In this document: positions 22,841 to 33,267 of the stretch, piece after piece
Position numbering within the stretch: position 1 is the first letter of the stretch
Layout of the letters: each line of letters begins with the position of its first letter
Assembly (NCBI GenBank): GCA_001600815.1
Contig: BCKZ01000004.1
Span: 806,001-870,000, forward strand
Direction: 5' to 3'
Length of the DNA stretch: 64,000 bases
Source: Alloascoidea hylecoeti
Taxonomy: Eukaryota
Notes under the pieces: generated by a model
The model's database searches: none
What the model was told of the DNA's origin: nothing
The model's input: the letters and a program-made list of their open reading frames with translations, nothing else
Made by a program: the position numbers and the translations under genes

Positions 22841-24308
22841 TTATTTCTTACTAGCTTTCTTTGAAGTTGAATCTTTAGGTAATTCTTTTGTGAATGGCAA
22901 GAAATCCGGTTCACCTGGAATATATTTACGTAAAACCTCTGGAACAACAATTCCATCTGGAGTTTGGTAATTCTCTAAAATACAACACAATGCTCTCTCA
23001 GTAGCCGTAAGAGTTGAGTTTAGACAGTGAACATATTTCTTCTCCCTCTCATTGGGTTGTTTAACACCACATCGAATTTCAAGATTTCTGGATTGATAGT
23101 CAGTACAGTTAGAACAACTAACTAATTCTTTATACTCAGATTGGAATGGGAACCAAGCTTCCAAATCGTATTTCTTAGCGGCAGCATTGTTTAATTCACC
23201 AGAAACAATACCGACAACTCTGTATGGTAATTTCAATGATTTGTAGAAATCTTCAGAAATGCCAAACATACGATCAAATTCTTGCCATGATTTATCTGGT
23301 TCAGTTAAAACAAATTGTTCGATTTTTTCAAAAGCGTGAACTCTAAAAATACCCCAAGCATCTTTACCATGAGAACCAGCTTCTCTTCTAAAACAAGAAG
23401 AATAACCAGCATATCTCCTAGGCAATTGTTCAGATGGTCTCTGGAACCATTCACCAGAATGATAAGCAGAAATTGGTTGTTCTGAGGTAGCGATTAGATA
23501 TTTCTCATCACTGCCATCAATAACTTTATATAATTCTTCATCAAATTGTGATAATTGAGCAGTTTTGGCCATAACATCTTTATTTAACATAACTGGAGCT
23601 TGTAATGGAATATAGCCTCTCTTTTTATCGGCTAAGAAAGATAATCCATAGTTGATTAACGCCTGGTTAAGAAAGACACCATAATTTCTTAAGAAATAAC
23701 CACGATGTCCAGACATCTTAGCACCTCTTTCTGGGTCATAACCATCTAATCTAGTTAAAACTTCATGGTGTGATAATACAGCAGGCGAACCTGTACCAGC
23801 TGCAATCTTACCGATTTCAATACCTTCAGGGGCCCAAGTTCGAACGAGTTCATTATTTTCTTCATCATTACTGACAACAACTGATGGATGAACAATGTTA
23901 CCAACAAGATTAACCTTGGTACGAAGCAGATTGTCGATATATTCTTCGTGTTTCTGTAATGCGGCTTTTTCTTCGACGATAAGATTCTTTTCTTTAATGA
24001 GATCAGATGCATCTTCTTTAGCCTTAAATCTTTTACCAATTTCTTTTTGGACTTTGTTTTGCTTCTTGTTTAGTTCATCGAGATCAAAACGAGCTAAGTA
24101 AAGAATGGTTAGAATAAATAAACGAACTGAATTGAGAAATATCTCAATTTAAATCTCCTTATTATTTCGGCATACTTTTGCTCCAGTCCTTATACTCCGC
24201 GATAATTTCATCAACCAACTCCACAGGATCTCCACGAGCTTTCTGGGATACTCTGATTGCTTCTGGATTTCCTCCTTTTTCCTCGATGAATTGCAAAATA
24301 TCTAACAT
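22841..24308 (-). CDS. SES1: Cytosolic seryl-tRNA synthetase; exons 24176..24308 and 22841..24093, 461 aa
   Basis: MLDILQFIEEKGGNPE..., LIATSEQP, FRREAGSHG, ELVSCSNCTDYQSR. Intron 24094..24175 (GTATGC...TTCTAAC...TAG) restores one frame. Confidence 0.96.
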
Positions 24309-24486
24309 TCTTGAGATCAGTGGTGAGAATGAAAAATGAGTAACAAATGAAGGAAGACTCAAATTTTATATATGCCAACACCGTGGCACTTGTGCAACTC
24401 TACACCCATCCATCTCCATCTCCAGACTTCACTTAAATTTAAGTACATCTAAATTGTTAATTTATGGATCACGAGCACCATTTCAA

Positions 24487-25185
24487 ATGTCTACTTTGCC
24501 TTCGAGTTTCATCCCTTTTTCAGTCGTAGTCAAGGATCATTCCACCATTTCCCAAGATACGAAGAGTTCCATAAAAGAGCCAACATCCGATAGAAATGAG
24601 CTTGAAACAACTCAACAGCAGATCTCATCTTTAGATAACGTGAACTCCTCCACATTATCTGTTTCAACCATAACCTCTGTAATGTACCCTCCAAGAGAAA
24701 TAATTCCTGAAATTCGTTATGTGTTCTCGGATGATCAGACAATAATAGATGGAGGAGAAAATTCGTCTACAGATCCTGTGATAATAATTGATTTTGCAGA
24801 AGATTGTGAGACTATTACTGATGCAAAATGCTTATCTGAGGCATGGCAAATAACATCTGTATTGAAATCAAAAAGGGAATCTAATAACAATAATACGGCG
24901 GGCTCATCATTTCCATCCCACCCAAGCTCAGAAATGGGATCCGAATCGGAATCCAGATTTTCTGGGACATCACTAAATAACCCCAATAAACCGATTTATT
25001 TGGTTATTAATGGAACAAGTTCCGAGCTGATTTCAAAATCCAAAACCAAAATAAATAGTGATAAGAAACATGCACATTTGCCTACAGATCAGAAGACACT
25101 CAATGAAATTAATAGGCTCACAGAATTGTTCCAAATAAGAAATGAGCAGCTTCAAGATGTTTTGCATCCTATAATTGATAATTAA
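24487..25185 (+). CDS. ATG31: Atg31-like autophagy protein
   Basis: VVVKD...MYP..EIRYVFSDD...VIIIDF...LSEAWQI pattern resembles Atg31. Head-to-head with SES1 and near FAL1, as YDR021W-YDR022C-YDR023W are in S. cerevisiae. Confidence 0.7.
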   Translation: MSTLPSSFIPFSVVVKDHSTISQDTKSSIKEPTSDRNELETTQQQISSLDNVNSSTLSVSTITSVMYPPREIIPEIRYVFSDDQTIIDGGENSSTDPVIIIDFAEDCETITDAKCLSEAWQITSVLKSKRESNNNNTAGSSFPSHPSSEMGSESESRFSGTSLNNPNKPIYLVINGTSSELISKSKTKINSDKKHAHLPTDQKTLNEINRLTELFQIRNEQLQDVLHPIIDN

Positions 25186-25314
25186 ATATTAATATTGATA
25201 TTAATTTGGTACTCGATAATTATATAAACAGAGTTTTCATTATTTTAAATTTAAATGTTTATTGTACAATCATGCATAATTATATTCTTTTTTTCAAATT
25301 TACTTAATCAGCAC

Positions 25315-25321
25315 CACAAAT
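25315..25321 (+). promoter_or_regulatory. Candidate middle sporulation element (CACAAAT, Ndt80 site)
   Basis: CRCAAAW match ~120 bp upstream of the GIP1-like ATG. Confidence 0.35.
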
Positions 25322-25438
25322 ATAACACAACAACACAATTAATAGAAGAAAATTTACCTACATTCTGATTGCTTAACTTTCAATACTGGCTTTTATCTCG
25401 TCAAATTAAAATATAATAAAGTTGCGTTAACTGCTATA

Positions 25439-27009
25439 ATGAATAATAAATACTTGGGGAATAACTCTTATTCCAAACCGTCAATTGTATCTACCAATTC
25501 TCTTCGTGGTTCACAATGGAAATCTACTTCTAAAGCAGCTAAATCTTCAGTTCAAAGTTCTCTCTTGGCTCCTAAAACCCTTAACAGAATAGACAAGCCC
25601 TTTTCGATTCTTGGTATTCGCGATGCTGTTAAGCGCCGACTAAAAGCGAAACAAGAGTTGGTATCAACAAACGACTCATCTTCTGCTTCGAATGGATCAA
25701 TTTCCAATTTTAGATTAGAGCCATGGAAGACAAAGGTGAAGGTCATTAGAAGAGACTCTGATATGGACCGTGCTAGTTTTATGGATCATGATGGGGATAA
25801 TCTATTAACTATCAAAACTAGCGATTTAAAGTCCGCTTTACCACATAATTCGAGGAGAAGAAATCTTACACCACAAACACAAAATTCAAGATTTGGCTTT
25901 AAAAATCCTTTAGCGTTTAAAAATAAAAAGAGTATAAATAAATATAATTCTGGAAAAAGTCAATACCAATCTCAAATTTCAAAGAACGTTGAAGAATTAA
26001 CATTTGGTGTTACAAATTCAGAACCAACTACACTGTCATCGAATAAAAGGGTATTTTCCAATGAGTTGCCGATTTATAACTATTTTAAATCTAAATCTAC
26101 TACGACAATGGATATAACTCCTGTTCTGGCTGCTAGTTCGAAGAGATCAAGAGACGATGAATCGGATTATTACCAACCTTTATCTAAGATAAGAAGAGGG
26201 AACTCTTTCAATTGCAAAACGTCGGAGAATTCATCATCACCAACTGATGATCATTCATCTACTACGACTACAAATTCGAGTCCAGTGGAAGAATCAACTC
26301 CTGATACAGATAGTTTTAACGATGTTGATCAATATAAAATAGCAACTGGTAATTTTTTCCCCCTTTCAATTTTTTTTTTTAATTTTTTTTTAACATTTCT
26401 TTTTCAGATTATGATAATTCAAATGGATCAAGGTTCATCTCAAAATACCTTCCAACAGTTAATTCAACTAGTAAAATTAGATCAATACCTTTCAATAGAA
26501 CTCGGCCATATGTCTCTAGATCAGTGGAGAATTTTTCGCACAGCTCAAACGATGCCAATTATAACCCTCGTCACAGAGCTCAATCGATAACTATTGGGGA
26601 AAATCCTATAAAACAAGTTCCGGTAAAATTTAAATCAGATGAAAGAGATAGTCTAGGATTACCAACAGTTAGGTTCAAAGATAAAGCACAGGTTTTGCTT
26701 TATAATAAAGAATTTGAATTAAGACCTACAAAGTCGAGCTTTAATCCTTTTAGATCTAGTCCAGGAAGTGATGTTAAATACTCACAATCGGAAAATACTT
26801 CTACTAATTCTATTTTAAAGAAAACTGTTAATAGAAACTCTATTACGGAAAGTTTATTGGCACAAGAAGCAGAGTTAATTGATTTAAATGAATTTTTATA
26901 CAAATTTGAATCTGCAGAGGCATTGAGAGGAAGAACTGAGCCTTATTCACACATTATGAGAGGACACCAGATTCAGTTGTATAACGACTATATTAAGCAA
27001 AAATACTAA
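25439..27009 (+). CDS. GIP1: Low-complexity protein with C-terminal PP1-docking-like motifs, Gip1-like; exons 25439..26348 and 26408..27009
   Basis: Intron 26349..26407 (GTAATT...TTTTAAC...CAG) fuses two ORF-track ORFs in frame. TVRF..xxLLY and SILKK motifs; position matches the YBR045C neighbourhood. Confidence 0.55.
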
Positions 27010-27249
27010 TTATATATGAATACTAATAATAATATAAATTTGAACATATGGATGCGCTTTCGTATCTTTATATGAATTTTTTAAATATTTTAGTTTTGTG
27101 TTACGCAAATAATATTGTATGAAATGTTGCAGAGCCAACGCTAAAAAACAATAAATTTACTTCCAAATAAAAGTTAAGCTTCTTACATAACTTCTAGGAC
27201 GAAATCTTTTTAAGGACAAATTTTACAAAACACGCGTACACTCTTCGAG

Positions 27250-30200
27250 ATGATTAAGCTTCAGGTGGTTTTGGTGCCGATATCTCTCTCCCACCCCAAT
27301 GGAAGATTTACACTCCCAAGCACACCAAATCGACCTTCTCCCTACTTTCCAAAGCATTTGAAGTTTCTTCATATAACAGATGGCTCACAAACCATGTTGG
27401 ACGTTTGTAGCGAGATATCCATTAGATTTTGCAGGTTATATCCAACTTTGGGGTAAGTTTTGACATGAATAAATTGTTACCCTTTAATCTGTCTGATACC
27501 CAACCTAACTAACAAAACACATTAGTCTTTTGGAAATTGAAACTCTACAGGATGAAAATGGTTGTGATTTAGATCCTGATTATAGGGTCGAAAGTATTTT
27601 TTCTTATGAGAGTTCTGGTAATATTCTACAAGTCATGCTACGAAATGATTTAAATGAAGACTTAAATAAATTTCAGAAAAGGAAGAGGAGCATGCCTAGC
27701 ACACCAAGAGAAAATAAAAAGAGAAGGCATTTATTATATGAACAAAATCAAGAGTCTCCTCTTGGCAGTGATAATGATGAAGGAGAGAATAGCATACCAA
27801 ATATGAATTGGGGGTCTATATCTTCTTATAGAAACATCACCCATGATCCTGAAGAATTGAGAAAAGTATCTCTATCTAGTTCCCTACAAACAGACTATAC
27901 CGGTACATTTACTAGGTCCATCATTGGTAATGAACCTATAATCGAACACAATATTCAATCGATCAATGAGATCCCTTCAACGAATGAAGAAATGGCTGAG
28001 CCAAAGGTTCTAAAAAATGTCCAAATATTAGGTTTGAACCAGAAAGCTCTTTCAACTCAAGCTATTCCAACCTCAGAAACACAAATCCAGACTATAGATA
28101 TCCAATCCCCTGTTGAAAAGATAGAGGCAGTTAAACAAACATCTAATAATGAAACCACTATAGTTTTTACTAAAGAGACTGCTGTGCAAACCACAGACAT
28201 AGAATTTAAAGAACCTCTTAAGATGGTAGAAGAAAGTATACAAAGATCTGATAATGAAACCCCTATAGTTTTTACCAAAGAGGCTGCTGTGCAAACCACA
28301 GACATAGAATTTAAAGAACATCTTAAGATAGCAGAAGAAGGTATACAAACGATTGATAATAAGGAACCTATGGTAAAAACGGTCATTCAAACCACAGATA
28401 CAGAAATTGAAATACCTGCCGAGACGACAGATGTAGTTATAGAAATATCGGATAATAAAAAGCCTATAACTTCTACTATTGAAACGGTCACACAAATGTC
28501 TAATAGTGAAGAACCTACGGCTCCTACAATAGAAACTACCATCGAAACTACAAATACAAAAGTTAAAGAGCCTGTTAGACAAACCTTAGACAATAAAATA
28601 CATATAGTCCCTACTATAAAAACTGATGTTCAAGCTATAAATATAGGTATTGAACCCCCTGTTGAATTCCAAAAAGAGCAAATCTTTGATAAAACTAAAA
28701 CTGCTCAAACTGTTATTCGAACTTCTGAAAATAATATATCTGAAATTCAAGCTAACTCTAGTACTGAAGATAATATACCTATAGCTAACTTCCAGAATGA
28801 AAATGAAATCAGGAAGTTGGACGGCGAACTTCAAACAAAAGATTTGAACATCGGCTCTCAGGAAACTCAGGTCGCAGCTAAAACTGATGCTTTGGTCGAT
28901 TATTGTTTTGATTTAACTAAAATGGCTTATACTAAATTTGTAAATGAAAAAGAGGAGAAAAGCATACCATTACTAAATGAACCAGTTACTGCACCGCAAA
29001 GAAATGAAAATTCGAATGATACAAATAATAACGAAAGCCCAATTAATACTTCAGTGATACCAGCTCAACAAGAAGAATCCATGAGTGATACAACTTTTAA
29101 GTCTAAAGGAACCAAAATGATTATATCTAAAACCAATCCGCCGTCAAATGGTTCATCATTCTTATCAATTAATAAACAATCGCAACAGAATAATCCGTTA
29201 AGTCCACTTCTACCTCCTATCCTTACTATAAAATCGCGATTTGGCGATGATATTTTCCCAAATTATAGTGACACTTCTAGTATTTCTAGAGGAACACGAT
29301 ACTCTAAAAGAACACGACATTCAAGATCACCAATTACAACCAAAAACGATTCCCTCAAAATTTCAATAAATGACGTACAATCAGTAGATAAAGATAATTT
29401 GAAAATGAAAAGTACAGATACAGAGAAGGTTGATGTTCCTAAGATAAGTCAAGATCATCAGCAAGACACTGTGCAATCAGTTGAAAAACATAACTCGGAA
29501 ATGAAAAGTACAGTTGTGGAAAAGGTTAATGTTCCTAAGGTAATTAATCAAAAAGATGTTGAGAAATTTGCCGAATCTCCGAGAAAAAAGGCTGAATATA
29601 AATATCAACAATTCAAAAAATCTGTTGTTTCAAGAAAAAAGGAGAAAGAGAAAAATATGATTGAAGAAAAAGTGGTATCAAATACTCAAGATAAAATAAA
29701 GGTACAGAAAGTTGAAGAATCAAGAGGAACAATAGATAGTAAATCCAACCCCCACAAGATAGGCTCAATATCTTCTACCAATTCAACATCTGAGTCTAAT
29801 GACAAATTTAAGGTCATTGCTTCTGAAATAAAGAAGCAACTACCAGTGAAATATCCAAGGAAATCTATAACTTATGATATAGAGCATAAAAAAATAGGCT
29901 CGAATGGGGTAGAAACTCTTGTGGAAGGAAGAAATGGACAAGAATCAGATAAAAATAATATAGAAAAGGAAACCGAAGAGAATCAATTATGTTTGAAAAA
30001 AGATAATACAGACACTAGAATGAATGATAATACCAACCATAACGAATCGAATAAGCGGTTATTAGACACTTCTATTGGGGCTCCTTTATCCAATTCTATT
30101 AAAGATGAGATTAAACCAGTCAAAAAGAAGAGAAAACGGCTGTCTAAAAGCAATTTTCTTAAGAGTTTACAAATAGATATGCTTGATAAAGTTATCAAGC

Positions 30201-31228
30201 CTATAGATGGAAATTCTAGACTACGACGATCCTTATCAAACCCCATTTATGATGAAGATGTTTTGGAATCATTATTCGTTGATGATTCTGAAAATGACGC
30301 TGATAATAAGCGTGAAAGCCCAAATGCTAAGACTAATGAGAAACGAAAACGAAAGCGAAAACGAAAACAAGACTTAAATGGTGAGGCAATTGAGGAAAAG
30401 GAACAAGAACAAGACTTAAATGTGATAAAAGAGAAACAAAATAAAGAACAAGACTTAAATGTTAAGACGATTGAGAAAAAAGAAGAACAGGAGCAGGAAT
30501 TAAATGCTGAGATAAATGAGAAACAAAAACAAGAGCAAGAACAGGAAGACTTAAATGCTAAGACAATTACTAAGAAAGAAGAACGGGAGCAGGAGCAGGA
30601 ACAAGCAATTGAAAAACAAGAACAAGCGCAAGAAGATATAGTAGGAAGCTCAAGCGGATCAATCAAAAATAAGTCAATTGCAATTTCCGAAACAGAAGTG
30701 GAAGGAGATCTGGATGGAGATGGTAGGGATAAAGTAGAAGAGACGGAAATTAGCAAGGATGAGTCCAGACTGTACCACGAAGATCTGCTGCAGGATCACG
30801 AGGAAAAACACGGAACAAGAGACTCTAACACCGATTACGAATCGGAATCACACAGATCTGAATCTCCAATATCGGAGTACAAATCCACCAAGGAAGCAAT
30901 TGATGAAGCAATTGGCTCCCACCTGGACGAACAAGCAGACGATGGCAGCAGTGATGAGAAGGGACAAGTGGAGGACAGCTCCGACGGAAAGGAAGAGTTG
31001 GAAAAATCGCCTACGTGTGAGTCCGATAACGTGTTAAACGCAGCCGAAACATCACCCAACAATATCAATATTATTAATCCTCACACTCCCTCGGAGGCCG
31101 GCGAGTCTGGGGAAACCGGGGGAGCGCAGGACGACGATAGTGACGGCAAAGAACCAGACGGGCAGGCTGAACTATCAGTCGGCTTCAGGAGCCTGTTACG
31201 GGGTGCCACCACCATCTTATTTGGCTAA
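27250..31228 (+). CDS. NET1: Net1/Tof2/Dnt1-family nucleolar Cdc14-binding protein; exons 27250..27452 and 27526..31228
   Basis: MIKLQVVLVP...KFLHIT...LYP|...LEIETLQDENGCDLDPDY matches the Net1 N-terminal domain. C-terminal VGFRSLL resembles Net1 GGFASL. Intron 27453..27525 (GTAAGT...ACTAAC...TAG). Confidence 0.8.
28146..28355 (+). repeat. 105-bp (35-codon) tandem duplication inside the NET1-like CDS
   Basis: ATAATGAAACC at 28146 and 28251; units NETTIVFTKETAVQTTDIEFKEPLKMVEESIQ and NETPIVFTKEAAVQTTDIEFKEHLKIAEEGIQ. Confidence 0.85.
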
Positions 31229-31392
31229 TATATAATGTGGATGCACTTTTTTTTGGTATGATATTATAATAACAATGGGGAGCGCATATTGCTGACCGCA
31301 CTCTTACGTAATCGTTGATAATCCTCCGTGTATAAGAAATTTGGGTTCCCAACACTTTTCTCTTTTCCTTTACCTCTCCCAGAAACAATTCA

Positions 31393-32895
31393 ATGTCAGC
31401 AAAATCAATTCACGAAGCAGACGGAAAAGCCTTGTTGGCCTTCTTCTTGTCAAAATCCCCAGTTTACGCAGAAGCAGAGCCGGCGTTGTCGTTCGATCTT
31501 GGCCCCCCAAAGGTCGTCCCACTTTATTTCAAGGATGAAGCTTCTTTCGACGCTGTCATTGCCAAAGCGGAAAGGGCCAACCCATGGTTATTGGAAGAAG
31601 GCGCAAAGTTCGTCGTTAAGCCTGATCAGCTCATTAAGCGAAGAGGTAAATCTGGTCTACTTGGCCTAAACAAATCTTGGGAAGATGGAAAAGATTGGAT
31701 CAAGCAAAGGGCTGCAAAACCTGTTGTTGTTGAAGGAATCACTGGTACTTTACGCCATTTCTTAGTCGAACCATTTGTCCCACATGATCAGAAGAATGAA
31801 TATTATGTCAATATTAATTCTGCTAGAGAAGGTGATTGGATCTTATTTTATCATGAAGGTGGTGTGGATGTTGGTGATGTTGACTCAAAAGCCTCAAAAC
31901 TGTTGATCCCTGTTGATATCGAAGAGGAATACCCTTCCAATGAATCAATTAAAAAAGCTTTATTTTCAAAAGTTCCTGAGGATCAACATGCAACTTTGTT
32001 GGATTTCATTAATCGTTTATATGCCGTTTACGTTGATTTACAATTTACATATTTGGAAATTAATCCATTGGTCGTTATTCCAAATCCTACTGGTGTTGAA
32101 GTTTATTACTTGGATCTCGCTGCTAAATTAGATCAAACCGCTGAATTTGAATGTGGCTTCAAATGGGCTGAGGCAAGATCCTCAAAGGCTTTAGGAACTG
32201 TTGAGGATGAGTCAGAAGGTAAAACTATTAATGTTGACGCAGGTCCTCCAATGACATTCCCTGCACCATTTGGCCGTGAATTATCAAAGGAAGAGAAATA
32301 CATTGCTGATTTGGATGCAAAGACTGGTGCTTCTTTGAAATTAACTGTTTTGAATTCTCACGGTAGAATCTGGACTTTAGTCGCTGGTGGTGGTGCTTCG
32401 GTTGTTTATGCTGATGCAATTGCCTCTGCAGGTTATGCTGAAGAATTGGCAAATTATGGTGAATACTCTGGTGCTCCTTCTGAAGTTCAAACCTTTGAAT
32501 ACGCAAAAACTGTTTTGGACTTAATGACTCGTGGTCCTCCAAATCCAAAGGGTAAAATCCTCTTTATTGGTGGAGGCATTGCTAACTTCACTTCTGTTGG
32601 TGCCACTTTTAAAGGTATCATTAGAGCTTTCCGTGAATACAGTCCTAAACTTCATAGTCATGATGTTAAGATCTTTGTTAGAAGGGGTGGTCCAAACTGG
32701 CAAGAAGGTTTACAACTTTTAAAGAACGCTGGTGAAGAATTAGAATTAGATATGGAAATTTATGGTCCTGACATGCATGTTAGTGGAATTGTTCCATTAG
32801 CTTTAAAGGGTAAAAAATTCAATATTGCCCCATTCGGTATTAGTACTACTGCTACAAGTGCTTTACCTTCTGGTGCTGTTACTCCAAGTTTCTAA
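31393..32895 (+). CDS. ACL2: ATP-citrate lyase subunit (ATP-grasp / citrate-binding subunit)
   Basis: MSAKSIHEADGK, KPDQLIKRRGKSGL, LDAKTGASLKLT, AGGGASVVYAD, NYGEYSGAP, GGGIANFT. Confidence 0.95.
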   Translation: MSAKSIHEADGKALLAFFLSKSPVYAEAEPALSFDLGPPKVVPLYFKDEASFDAVIAKAERANPWLLEEGAKFVVKPDQLIKRRGKSGLLGLNKSWEDGKDWIKQRAAKPVVVEGITGTLRHFLVEPFVPHDQKNEYYVNINSAREGDWILFYHEGGVDVGDVDSKASKLLIPVDIEEEYPSNESIKKALFSKVPEDQHATLLDFINRLYAVYVDLQFTYLEINPLVVIPNPTGVEVYYLDLAAKLDQTAEFECGFKWAEARSSKALGTVEDESEGKTINVDAGPPMTFPAPFGRELSKEEKYIADLDAKTGASLKLTVLNSHGRIWTLVAGGGASVVYADAIASAGYAEELANYGEYSGAPSEVQTFEYAKTVLDLMTRGPPNPKGKILFIGGGIANFTSVGATFKGIIRAFREYSPKLHSHDVKIFVRRGGPNWQEGLQLLKNAGEELELDMEIYGPDMHVSGIVPLALKGKKFNIAPFGISTTATSALPSGAVTPSF

Positions 32896-33267
32896 AGTAT
32901 ATAATAGAATGTTCGGAAATTTATTCATGCTGGAGTTTGAATAATTAATCTAAACTCAAATGTTTATAATTACTATTAAATACCTAGTGCATATAGCAAT
33001 AAGATAAATATAATGATAGATTATAGATTTATAATAATATAAATATAAATAATAATAATTAGTTTGATATATTAGTATTATAACTTTAATTCACGTATAC
33101 ATAAAGAAAATATCTAACTTATTTAATTCCAAATCAAAATTTATAGAGATAAAAAAATATATGAGTATAAAAGGAGAAATAGCAAAATGGAAAAATAGCA
33201 AAGATAACAAAAAATAAAAACACAGATCAAAATATCAATTGTAAAACAATATTAATTTTCAACAATT

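Noticed and set aside
27232..27237. MCB element ACGCGT before the NET1-like gene
   Set aside because: Single copy only 12 bp from the ATG, probably within the 5' UTR; not enough to call.
18049..31902. Possible CUG codon reassignment (Ser or Ala)
   Set aside because: CTG encodes conserved Leu positions: FAL1 RKLDYG (18049-18051, minus strand) and ACL2 KLLIP (31900-31902). Only two sites were checked, but both favour the standard code.
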